Shown here piece by piece: positions 49,107 through 61,090 of a stretch of 64,000 nucleotides of DNA (positions are counted from its first letter, which is position 1; the number at the start of each line of letters is the position of its first letter). The stretch lies in the NCBI GenBank assembly GCA_951406725.2, contig OX597817.1, positions 15,066,001-15,130,000 on the forward strand, given 5' to 3'. Origin of the DNA: Octopus vulgaris (lineage: Eukaryota). The notes beneath the pieces were generated by a model. It was given only the letters and a program-made list of their open reading frames with translations, did not search any database and was not told where the DNA came from. The translations under genes were made by a program, and so were the position numbers.

Positions 49107-50253
49107 ATTATTTACAGTGGATGGATAGGTGTCATCACAATGTTTCAGCTGATGTACTCTTCAGCCTTCATCAGGTGTTCTGGTGGAATTTCGAACCCAA
49201 CACTTTATTTGATTAATGGAAATTGTAGCTGAGATACGAGTGCCGGTGGCATGTAAGAGAACCATCCGAATGTGGCCATAGCCAGCGCTGCCCCGACTGG
49301 CCTCCGTGCCGGTGGCACGTAAAAAGCACCATCCGATTGTGGCCGTTTGCCAGCCTCGTCTGGCACCTGTGCAGGTGGCACATAAAAGCACCCACTACAC
49401 TCTCGGAGTGGTTGGCGTTAGGAAGGGCATCCAGCTGTAGAAACACTGCCAGATCAGACTAGGCCTGGCGCAGCCTTCTGGATTCCCAGACCCCAGTTGA
49501 ACCGTCCAACCCATGCTAGCATGGAAAACGGACGTTAAACGATGATGATGATGAAAAGATATGCGGTCCATTCAGAAGTAATACAACACTTTGCAAATAT
49601 CTTCTCCAAGTAAAACCACCCATAGAAAAGAATATGACCCAAAACTGCGTGTACTCTATCCCATGCAGTTGTGGATGGTTATACAAAAGTGAAACATATT
49701 GCCCCCCTTAAAGTAAGAATAGGGGGAACATTGTAAAGCTGTGACATGAAGGGGTGTTGAAAAATCGAGTATAGCCGATCATGTATGGAAAAATGAAGAC
49801 CACCTCCTGCTGTGGGATGAAGCTAAAATAATCAACAGAGAACACCAAGTACAAGAATTAAAAGAGGCTGCACCTATGCTAGGACACAATAACCTCCTAA
49901 GCAGACCAAGTGCAGATATGAATGTAATATGGGAACCAGTATTAAGAAAAGATAAAATCCAAGGTTTATAAGCCCTAAAATTCAATATAATTGCCCACTG
50001 GCATATAGCATAATGGATAAGAGTGTGGGCTCAGGTTCTAAGTTCAATTACAGGCAGTGCTTTGAAAAATAATATCAACAGAAAAATAACATCAAAAACA
50101 TACCTTGGGAATGAGAATAGTGTACCCCATTAGTCAAAGGGTTGGGTTTGAAATACCACCAGAACACCTGATGAAGGCTGGAGAGAACATCAGTTGAAAT
50201 GGTGTGATAACAACAAACAAGATGAGGACACCTATCTGTCCATTGTAAATAAT
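49107..50253 (+). mobile_element. Penelope-like element with inverted 5' terminal repeat
   Basis: GIY-YIG remnant NCVYSIPCSCG.LYKSET..PLKVRI.EH...SSIADHVW at about 49555-49960; tRNA-like head at about 50000-50062; hammerhead cores at 50164-50206 (+) and 49136-49178 (-); ends ATTATTTACAGTGG and CCATTGTAAATAAT are inverted copies. Confidence 0.8.
49217..49553 (+). mobile_element. RTE 3' UTR copy inside the PLE
   Basis: Tandem units and a (GAT)n tail. Confidence 0.8.
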
Positions 50254-50339
50254 GAATACTTGATCGTATGAAGTTAAATAGACTTATCTAAGACCTATTC
50301 TTATATAAGTTTTGTTGTAAAGTATGAAAACTATCCTCT

Positions 50340-51106
50340 ATCTGCATTTGCCTAAAAGTTATGCCAGTTTTCCAGGAACTTAGTACTACCAAACACACAC
50401 TGTTGTGAATTAATTCTTGCCATGTGCTATCTTTGATAGTCAATGTGTAATACTGATACCAAGTAATGTCTACTTTTGCTACTGTTTTTAAATTATACTT
50501 GGGGAGAAAAATTTCATTAAATATTCACCAAAAAAGGCAGCGAGCTGGCAGAAACTTTAGCACACTGGGCAAAATGCTTAGTGGTATTTCGTCTGTCTTT
50601 ACGTTCTGTGTTCAAATTCTGCCATGGTCAACTTTGCTTTTCATCCTTTCAGGGTCGATAAATTAAGTACCACTTGTGTACTGGGGTCGATCTAATCGAC
50701 TGGCCCCCTCCCCCAAAATTTCAGGCCTCGTGCCTAGAGTAGAAAAGACTATTCATCAAAACACTTAATTTAAAAATACTTAATTTATCAACCCTGAAAG
50801 GATGAAAAGCAAAGTCGACCATGGCAGAATTTGAACACAGAACGTAAAGACAGACGAAATACCACTAAGCATTTTGCCCAGTGTGCTAAAGTTTCTGCCA
50901 GCTCACTGCCTTTTTTGGTGAATATTTAATGAAATTTTTCTCCCCAAGTATAATTTAAAAACAGTAGCAAAAGTAGACATTACTTGGTATCAGTATTACA
51001 CATTGACTATCAAAGATAGCACATGGCAAGAATTAATTCACAACAGTGTGTGTTTGGTAGTACTAAGTTCCTGGAAAACTGGCATAACTTTTAGGCAAAT
51101 GCAGAT
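50340..51106. repeat. Local inverted duplication: 330-bp arms (50340-50669, 50777-51106), 107-bp spacer
   Basis: The arms include about 195 bp of non-SINE flank plus the 5' part of a SINE B; no indels; three mismatches seen, all at CpG. Confidence 0.95.
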
Positions 51107-52207
51107 TTCAACTGATGTTCTCTCCTGGACAAAGAAGAATATTAAAGTAATTGAAGAAATGAGTTTGGTTAATTCATTCTTTTTTTTTTTTTGCAGTCTG
51201 AGGGAGGTAATTTGTTTCTAAAATGCAGGCTATATAACCTAGACTAAATTCAAACAGGTTACTTTTGTTGTGATTTCTTGGTAGATTCCTGACACCAAAA
51301 ATTTTATAGAGAAAAATATCCACAACAAAAGTATTTGGAGTGAAAAAGTGTGACAAATTTTTCCAACAACGAAAATATCAATGGAGTTAACAAAATGGTT
51401 CTTATTAAAAGAAGGAAAAATTTAGCAACTGGTTTTTGTGAACCAGTGCAAACTTTATAATTCAGTCCAGTTTGTATCATAAAAAGCAGTATTGATTCAA
51501 TTATTAGGATGGAAATTACTTCAGTGTGAGCAAGATGCATAGTTCAATGGTATCATCATCATGATAAAGAGAAAAGATCCCACCTGATAAATAACATAAT
51601 ATATAAAGCGCTGTCTTCCCACAAATGCCACTTGGGTCAGACTGTTCCTTCGTCCACTTTTAGCTATGTTAGGAGTGGAACAGCACCTGTTACATCACCT
51701 GTGTAACATCAAATTGTACAACTTCATTCTTCTCTCTCTCTAATGTCCAGAAGTGAAGTTCTTGGGATCCATAGACATGACCACATTCAACACGACCTCA
51801 TATTACCTTATTTCTTCACAAAGCCATTCACATCTGAACTTGTAATGGTCCAACCAGAATACTAAGCCACTCTTTCTGTATAAGTAAATAGTATATCTTA
51901 TTGCAAGAACCAAATAAATTTGATAACATTTACAAATTGTAATATATAAACAAATATTTGACAGATGTCGAACTTAGGAAGCACCAGCAAGTTGGAGGTT
52001 CTCTGTTTCGATGAGGATTTTTCAGATTTTTTTTTCACAGTGCTCTTGGAAATGCTCTAGATTATCTTTTTAACCAAAGAAAAAAGTTTGTAAAAAATGA
52101 TGCCCCCCACTGATTTTGGTTGATTTTGTGGGCACTATGTACGATGATTTTTGGGGGGTCACTACGCACTTAAAAGCTTTAGAAATCTTTTCGGTAAAAA
52201 AAAAGTA

Positions 52208-52597
52208 GGATCTGTTCGGTTTGAACAGCAGTTTTTTCTAGCGGTGTCATATGAAATTGTCACCCATAATTATGACCCTAGTATCGATCTATTGCATTTC
52301 AATCTGTTTTAGGGTTAGAGGTGGAGGGAAGGGTATCTTTTTTCTTCAGAAATGTAAATAAACTCAATCTGTTTCTTAAACAGAATGTTTTCACCTCAAT
52401 AGACGTCATTAATTGGTTGAAATTGCAGGATTTGAAGAAAAAAACAACAACAAATATTTTACAAACTATAGAATTTTCTCAATATAGCCAAAAGAAAAAG
52501 ATGTTTTATAAGCACATTCTACCAGTATACGAAGTTTAAAAGCGTTTAGTTACGTGGAATTTTTTCTTAAAAACTGCCGTTCAAACCGAAAAGATCC
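52208..52597. mobile_element. MITE related to 41099-41787
   Basis: GGATCTGTTCGGTTTGAAC...GTTCAAACCGAAAAGATCC; flanks AAAAAGTA / AAAGAGTA; shares CACATTCTACCAGTATACGAAGTTT. Confidence 0.75.
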
Positions 52598-53879
52598 AAA
52601 GAGTAAATACTTTCAGGCGAACAGGTGGGATTAAAGGAAGATTTGGCTGTTGTTTCTAGCATATCTCATGACCACCTTCCTCGTTTCTTACTCTGACAAG
52701 TATTGGTGTTTTTCAATATTTTTCCCCATTCATATCATGCTATAAAAACAATTTTTTTGAAAATTCATGATTTTTATCAACCCTAAACTGGGATATGCTA
52801 GAAACAACAGCCAAATCTCCTTTAAATCACACCTTTTCGTCGGAAATAATTACCTTTTTTTTTTTACTGAAAAGGCCTTCTCCTATAGTTTTTAAGTGCG
52901 TTGTGCCCCCAAAATCGGTCCGGAGAAGGGAAGGAGGTGGCATCACTTTTCGCAAATTTTTTATTGCTAAAAAGATAATCCAGAACATTTACAAGGGTAC
53001 CGTGATAAAAAAAAATCCGAAAAATCCCCGTCAAAACGGAGAAATTTCAACTTGGTGTTTCTGAAGTCGGACGTCCGCTAAGTATTTTGTTTTTATTGAT
53101 AGGAACTTATCAAATGCTACCAAATGTTTTCAACAAGTAAACATAGAAAGTACAAGAAATAAATAAACAACACACACACTCTACTGGAAATTGACAAGTA
53201 GAAATATGTCCTACATTTCTATTTATATCACTCTATATCTTTAATATATTTAATAGTACATAAAGTTAAATACTCTGTCTATCAGGGTAGTGTATGACTT
53301 ACGAAAGACGTTGAATCAATCTAACGTCTTAAAATGTTTTTTTTTTCGAGAAGTTTTTGCATTTTTCAAACTAGCTTCGAAGTTTGTATTTAGTACAGGA
53401 AATTTCGATGAGGGGTGAACCAGGTTAATTTTCTAAATGTAAATAAACTCACTTTAAAGTAAAATTACTTAATAACAGAGTAAATTTTATTTCTCTGTTG
53501 CCTAACTTCTTAATGTCAATTAAGTTGTAAATTTAAAAAAAAAAAAAAATGTAGTGACCTTTCACCTCACACATTCCTAATCAACAAATATTTACGCGAT
53601 TATAACGGGATCCTAATATTTGCAAAAAAGGAAAAAAAAAACAAAATATAAACTAATCGCTCCTTCATTTTTCAGCGGTGGTGCCCCAGCATGGCCGCGG
53701 CCTTCGGGCTAAAACATTTTTAAGGATTTAAGGATTTAGTAACGGAATTTTCAACATTTTCGTTGCTGCCTTTTTGGTAAAGATAAACACAAAATGGAAA
53801 CAAATCTTAGGATGGTTTGATAATTAAAAATAACAATAATATGGTAATTAAAACTAATTAAAATCGAATTTATACAAAA

Positions 53880-54177
53880 TGGCTGTGTGGTAAGTAGCTT
53901 GCTAACCAACAACATGGTTCCGGGTTCAGTCCCACTGCGTGGCATCTTGGGCAAGTGTCTTCTGCTATAGCCCCGGGCCGACCAATGCCTTGTGAGTGGA
54001 TTTGGTAGACGGAAACTGAAAGAAGCCTGTTGTATATATGTATATTACCAAAAAAAAAAAAAAAAAAAAATTGTAGTGAACTTTCACCTCACACATTCCT
54101 AATTAACAAATATTTACACGATTATAACGGGATCCTAACATTTGCAAAAAAGGAAAAAACAAAATATAAACTAATCG

Positions 54178-54214
<37 letters not shown>

Positions 54215-54428
54215 ATGTGTGTGTGTCTGTGTTTGTCCTCCTAGCATTGCTTGACAACCGATGCTGGTGTGTTTATGTCCCCGTCACTTAGCGGTTCGGC
54301 AAAAGAATAAGTACTGGGCTTACAAAAGAATAAGTCCCAGGGTCGATTTGCTCGATTAAAAAAAGCGGTGCTCCAGCATGGCCGCAGTCAAATGACTGAA
54401 ACAAGTACAAGAGTAAAAAAGAGAGTAG
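53880..54428 (+). mobile_element. SINE family A with a templated local insertion in its (TA)n tract
   Basis: 5' half at 53880-54045, 3' half at about 54210-54428; insert 54072-54180 copies 53550-53662. Confidence 0.85.
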
Positions 54429-54429
54429 T

Positions 54430-54667
54430 AAAGAGAACGAAGCAGAAACCCTAAGTAAAACTAATGCTGAAAAGTAACGTTATATCAATTAAACGAAGCA
54501 AGGAAGGACAAGTTATGTTTCTTTATAGTGTGTGTTTAACAGCTTTTGCCGCAAGAGGCGCTTGCATAGCAGGAAGTCGTAAGCTTTCCATTTTGGACTT
54601 GAATTGCTTATTTTCATCAACCATTTCATTACATTTATTGGGTCTTCAAGCGATAACAGAAGCATCC
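54430..54667 (+). promoter_or_regulatory. Candidate promoter / 5' UTR of an unidentified gene
   Basis: CpG-retaining unique DNA with ETS-like CAGGAAGT (about 54569) and YY1-like CCATTTTG (about 54588) motifs. Confidence 0.35.
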
Positions 54668-54691
54668 ATGACATCTGGTGGCACTTTGCAG
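54668..54691 (+). CDS. Candidate first coding exon MTSGGTLQ, product unknown
   Basis: TCCATGA start followed by a CAG|GTAAAT donor and T-rich intron-like sequence; no downstream exon recognised in this window. Confidence 0.3.
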
Positions 54692-56694
54692 GTAAATGGG
54701 AAGTCAAATGAAACTATAAACATACGATATATAGCCTTTTGCCGTCTGTCTCTTGTAGAATATCTCTCTTTTTTGCCGTCACAGGGCGTGTCGTTCCTCT
54801 CTTTTGCTCGTTTGTTATTTACTCTTTTAAGCAAAATCTCTCTTTACATAAAAACTTTAGAATCACATTTCTATGTTTATTACATTCGATATTTATTTCC
54901 TACTTTGATCGATTGCGAAAATTTCAATTCATTTCCTTAATAAACGATTAATTAATCCGTTTTCGAATCTCCTTTATTGTTGAAAATCGTTCGTTTTTTT
55001 TTTTCCCATCAACTTTGTAAGAGAAAAACTATTTTGTTTTTACTTCTGTTGTTGTATTTGTTGTACGTTTAATTATTCGTAGTGACTGGGTCATTTAATA
55101 CGACTACCAAAATTGAGAAATAAGTATGAAATAAGTATGTTAGTCTGGCATAAACTGAAGAAATGTTTCTGTTTTATTTCGGAGTACCTCGTCATTGGAG
55201 AATCCTCAAGTATCATATTTCAATTCTCTTTATTATTTTTTTTTCCCCTTTTCCTTTCCTTTCCTTTCCGAAATTCACTTTTCCCGACGCAAGATACCAT
55301 CTTTTTCCCTTCTAATTGTAGTAAATACTTTTGATATTTACCCAGTCAGTCTACTTCTCGACTGATCATCCCTAGTTACACAAAGATTTCTATTCATTTC
55401 TCTTTTTCTTTCTCAATATTTATTTCCTCGTCTCACCATTTTGACATTTCTTTTTGTTTTCATACGTCATATTTTTCTCTAACCTTATAAAATATTTATC
55501 GATTATTTATCACCACCAATGTTTTTTTTTTCTTTTAAACTTCGTAACGAAGATTAAAAATAAAACAAACAAAACATTTTTTAAAATTCAGTCATTATAC
55601 TAACTTAAACAAACTATAAAATATGTCTAATTTAGATTCCTACGTAATTTACAATCATCATTTCTAGTTCAGATCAACTGAGTTTTCAACATTAATATTC
55701 AACAGATCTGTTTTGAAAAATCAGCAGGTGTTTTTTTTTTTATTATTTAGTACGACTTGCTTTTTTTTGTCCCTTGCCAAACTATTCATTTTGTATTTAT
55801 TTACTGTTTTATTTCAAAGTATGTTTTCCTCCCTCCTATATTCCCCGTACCATCTCTTACTTACTAACATAATTAGATACGCTTAGTGACTATGTAAAGA
55901 AAGTGTCAGTAATATTAGTGATATCGAATTGATATGTTAATTTTTGATGAGAATTTATAACGGAAGCGGAAAAAAACACTGTTTGCACAAAATATTAATT
56001 CGAAACTCGAGAGTGTTATTTTATCGAATAGTATTAATTAGGAAAGAGAGTTTAATGACAGGAAAATAAATTAATTTTTATTTTCTATAACTTTCATCCG
56101 AGAAGGGTCGGGGTTCGTAAGCCTTGATTCTCTTAAATTTGGTACTAAGGTTGATGGTGGTTTGCTTAGGTTGATATTGTTGATGTTTAGTTTGGCGGTT
56201 TGTGTTTGAAGGGAACCTGTAGTCAGAGAAGAACCGTGGAATCGATGTCAGTTGTACAAAAAGGTTTTAGCAGAATTCTTGAAATGGTGTTTGTGTGTGA
56301 GGTGTGGGCTTAGCCGTGTGGTTACTTCGTTAATCCGAACTCTCGTTGAATTCTTCATATAGTTGAAATGACAAGAGGTGCGGAGGCGAATCCAAAGAAT
56401 AATAGTGAGCAATTAGATTAATTAAGTTGGGAGACACTGCTTTAATATGTGTAGAAGAGATGCGGTCGCTTGATCTGCTAGAAATGAGAACGCACCCTCT
56501 GTCAAACCACACACTTCTGCCTTTATGAAGGAAAAGATACATTGAATAATCTAGTGCTGGGATATGAAAGTGATGATCACGGCTGGATCGCCTTTGATCA
56601 TAGGTCTGCTCAGTTAGGGCTAAACTGATGAATAACATACGATAGCAGACAGAAAATAAAAGGGGATTCCTTGCATCAGTGGACCAGTGGTTAT

Positions 56695-56918
56695 AGGCGG
56701 CGAGCTGGCAGAAACGTTAGCACGCCGGATGAAATGCTTAGCGGTATTTCGTCGTTACGTTGTGAGTTCAAATTCCGCCGAGGTTGACTTTGCCTTTCAT
56801 CCTTTCGGGGTCGATAAATTAAGTACCAGTTCCGCACTGGGGTTGATGTAATCGAATACCTATGTCTGTCCTTGTTTGTCCCCTCTATGTTTAGCCCCTT
56901 GTGGGTAATAAAGAAATA
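56695..56918 (+). mobile_element. SINE family B
   Basis: TSD GGTTATAG; tail GCCCCTTGTGGGTAATAAAGAAAT. Confidence 0.9.
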
Positions 56919-57820
56919 GGTTATAGAGCAGTATTAGTTTAATGTCAGATGGATGGCATAATTTTTTATGCAGTCCAAATTATATATGTAATGGGCTCTA
57001 TTCTCAATTGTAAGAATAATTCCCTAATTGCAGCTTGTAGAATGTCAGAACAGCTCAGAATTGAACTATTTTCAAGCTTGAAGAATAATCCTAGTCTTTG
57101 TAATGTGTTTACTTTTATCTGTGATGTATACGTTTGTAGAAGAAGAAGAAAAACAAAAAAAGATAGTGTCTATATTTTAATGATGAATAGAATTAGTTTG
57201 TTATTTCTGCTATTCTTCAACAATTTTAGAAATGTCACAACTAGTTTTTTTAATGAAATAGTTTTCAAACACAGCTGATTCTGTTTTTCTTTCTGTATTG
57301 AAATATGCTGTTCTGTTGTGTTCTACTCACACCTACCTTATTCAGGATTATTTACACCATACTATGGAGATTTTAACAGTTTATGGAGATATGCGTGTCT
57401 AGATGTTGAGTTATATCATCATCATTTAAAGTCCATTTTCCATGCTGTCATGGGTTGGACGGCTTGAGAGGAACTGGCAAGGCCCGGGACTGCACCAGAT
57501 TCCATAGTCTGTTTTAGCTTGGTTTTTCTGGTTGGATGCCCTTTCTAAAGACAACCACTTCTTCCAGTCTGCTGGATTATTTTTATGTGGCACCAGCACC
57601 CATACCAATGCTTTTTACATCAAACACACAGGAGATCAAGGATGAATGAAGAATAGTATTATCTCATGAGGAATGAGATTATCTTTGAATTTAAAGATAA
57701 CAACAAGCAGATTAATGTAGAGAAGTGAAAAAATGTAGGGTATTGAACCAAGCTCTAAATACGCTTGAATCAACCCACTGCAATGGATTATAGTATATGA
57801 AAAATATAAATAATTGTAGT

Positions 57821-58140
57821 CATCATCACCATCATCATTTAACGTCCGTTTTCCGCGCTAGCATGGGTTGGACGGTTCGACCGGGGATCTGGGAAGCCAG
57901 AAGGCTGCACCAGGCTCCAGTCTTATCTGGCAGTGTTTCTACAGCTGGATGCCCTGCCTAACACCAACCACTCCGTGAGTGTAGTGGGTGCTTTTTATGT
58001 GCCACCTGCACAGGTGCCAGGTGAGGCTGGCAACGGCCACGGTCGGATTGGTGCATTTTACGTGCCACCGGCACGGAAGCCAGTCGAGGTGGCACTGGCA
58101 TCAGCCACGATTCGGATAGTGGTTTTTACGTACCACCAGT
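57821..58140 (-). mobile_element. RTE 3' UTR copy
   Basis: (CAT)n then TTTAACGTCCG, with tandem units. Confidence 0.8.
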
Positions 58141-58902
58141 CCAGGGGTCCTGGCAACTGCTGGGTGCCAGTCAAAAAATGAAATAAGTATATAACAAAAG
58201 AGCTTTGTTTAGAATTTCTCATGCCAATCACAGCTGAAAGCTTTGCTGATATCAAGAGCAATAACTTTATTGAAGTTTTCGGGGGCAAGACACCATTGTT
58301 GTGTAAGAAAACAAACCATTTATATGTGAATCTGTGTGTAAACTCTATTGGCGATAATTGAAGAGGAAAAGAGTTTCAAGGCAGAGAGGGAGGTGATTTC
58401 TCGTGATCATTCCCATCAACTTTGAAATATCTGAGTCACTGAGGGAGCCTATATATGGTCGCTCAACCAGCTAGACACAACAGCGTAATTCTCTAAAATT
58501 GTACTATTGATTTTAGAAAAGAAGGACAGATTATATAATATAGTCCTATATATAAAAAAATTACAGATGGCCATGTTTGGAGTGCTGTTGACCATAGGTC
58601 ATTTCAATCAGGACTGACTGGGGTTAAAGAGTAACAACAATAACTTATATATTGAGAGTATGTACTATAAATTGATAGAGGCTAAGGTGCAAAAAATTAT
58701 CTTCTGTGTGGAAGAGACATTGTCTTACATGCTCCATTAAAAATTTTATGGTTTGGTCACTTTACATGTTTGTTTAGCCATGTATTAATTATTACAGAGT
58801 GAAAACTGGAACATAACCTACTTACTGTATTTGGCAGAATTGCATTAGCAGTAGTGAGGGAAGTTTGCTTGAAGCAAACGTATCCCAGTTGGGGATATGT
58901 TG

Positions 58903-59305
58903 CTTACTCTTTACTCTACTTGTTTCAGTCATTTGACTGCGGCCATGCTGGAGCACCGACTTTTTAGTCGAGCAATCGACCCTGGGAATTGTTCTTTGTA
59001 AGCCCAGTACTTATTCTATCGGTCTCTTTTGCCGAACCTCTAAATGACGGGGACGTAAACACACCAGCATCGGTTGTCAAGCAAAGCTAGGGGGACAAAC
59101 ACAGACACACAAACACACACATACATATATATGTATATATATGACAGGCTTCTTTCAGTTTCCGTCTACCAAATCCACTCACAAGGCATTGGTCGTCCCG
59201 GAGCTATAGCAGAAGACACTTGCCCAAGATGTCACGCAGTGGGACTGAACCCGGAACCATGTGGTTGGTTAGCAAGCTACTTACCACACAGCCACTCCTG
59301 CTCCT
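58903..59305 (-). mobile_element. SINE family A
   Basis: Reverse complement of family A. Confidence 0.9.
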
Positions 59306-60048
59306 ATTTTTGTGCATTTTTTTATGATAGCCAGAGGGAAAAGGGCAATGATCATAATTTTTGCTGGTCCTCCCAGCTGGTGAGATTGATGTTTATTTAG
59401 CTTGAATATCTAGGATGATCTGTATGAAAAATGTGACCTGGTTGGAATGTTCCAAGGAATTGTAAATCTTGAGAGGAAAGACTGGCTGAAATGTTTACTT
59501 GAGATTCAGCTCATGAGACAAAGTAAAGGTGATCCTGGATGTTGAGGGTATGCAGTTAGCTAGTTCAAAGAAGTAGTTACCAATTGTAGTATAAATGATA
59601 AATGTAAAGCCACGGTTGCAGATTTTTGGTGAGTGGACCGTTGCCAATCAGTCAAATGGCTTTGTTTTGGATGTAGTCTAGGATATTTTTGAGCATGTGT
59701 GCATGGAGGTGTGGCACTGTCGCATGTTTGTGAGCAGTGCTTCAGGGTGGATTTTATTTGAGCTTTGTAGATGGTTGCTAACCATTGACAAAGCTCAAAT
59801 AAAATCCACCTAATCAGTTCTGAAGTATTTCTTATCTCTGATGAAGGTTTGTTGATATTGAGTGCAATAACATTTAGTCAAAGTTTGGGAGAGTGTGACT
59901 TGGAGTACATATTTCCATTAGATCTGGGTCTACAGAAGCCACACTGGTGTTTGTTAAGTGGGAGAGAGAAAAAGAAAGTCAGTGCAATAAAGAAGGTGAT
60001 TGTTAACAATTAGCTGTTACCATTACTTTTGATGTTGAACATCTAGAT

Positions 60049-60247
60049 CAGTGGTTTTCAACCAGGGTTCCGCCAGTACAGTCCAGGGGTTCTGCAAGAA
60101 GTTACAAAAATGCTAAAATCGACAGTAATTTTTAATTCTCCTGTGCAGATATGTGTGCATAAGACTATTAAATTATTGCACGGGTTCCTCGAGCCAGTGG
60201 AATGTTTCCTTGGGGTTCCGCTCTAACAAAAAGGTTGAAAAGCACTG
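60049..60247 (+). mobile_element. hAT-type MITE
   Basis: CAGTGGTTTTCAACC...GGTTGAAAAGCACTG; TSD ATCTAGAT / CTCTAGAT (NTCTAGAN, Charlie-like). Confidence 0.88.
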
Positions 60248-60687
60248 CTCTAGATAGTTGGTTAAGAAGTTGGCAGTGTTAGTGATATTGCCCTTTTGGG
60301 GAATGGAACATGCTAGCATATTTTCAATGAGTTGAAGAGCTTCATGGACAGGGAGACGTGTCTATGACAATAGCAGCTGTTGAAAGTGTATAGCTTCAGT
60401 GAACGAAGTTGCTTTGTTTTCAGGCCGCTCTTTGCTGTCACTTTTTAATGAAAGCAGATCTGTTTACAGAACCACCTTGATTGAAGAGTGACAACTCAAA
60501 ATATTATTTTTCTATGTGAGGAGTCCAAAAAAAAAAAAAACTGACTAGAAACGAAGAGTTGAAATCATTTCATGTTCAGATTTTGGATGAAATACGCTGC
60601 CTGTGTATTTCAGTCAATTTTGAAAATAAGTAAGGATTTGGAGGGATTTAACAAATAAACTTTTTCATGCTTAAATTGTTGACTGGA

Positions 60688-61090
60688 ATCATCATCATCA
60701 TCGTTTAGCATCTGCTTTCCATGCTGGCATGGGTTGGACGGTGCAACTGGGGTCTGGGAAGCCAGAAGGCTGCACCAGGCCCAGTCTGATCTGGCAATGT
60801 TTCTACGGCTGGATGCCCGTCCTATTGCCAACCACTCCATGAGTGTAGTGGGTGCTTTTTACGTGCCACTGGCACAGGTGCCAGACGAGTCTGGCAAACG
60901 GCCACGATCGGATGGTGCTTTTTACATGCCACCAGCACGGAAGCCAGACGAGGCTGGCAACAGCCACGATCGGATGGTGCTTTTTACGTGCCACCGGCAC
61001 GGAAGCCAGTCGGGGCAGCGCTGGCAACAGCCACGTTCGGATGGTTCTCTTATGTGCCACCGGCATTGGTATCACAGCTACAATTTCCAT
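60688..61090 (-). mobile_element. RTE 3' UTR copy with about four tandem units
   Basis: (CAT)n tail; repeated GGATGGTGCTTTTTACRTGCCAC. Confidence 0.8.

Noticed and set aside
54464-54940. 158-aa single-exon ORF
   Set aside because: No recognisable domain; the F/L/S-rich second half lies in intron-like T-rich DNA after a good splice donor.
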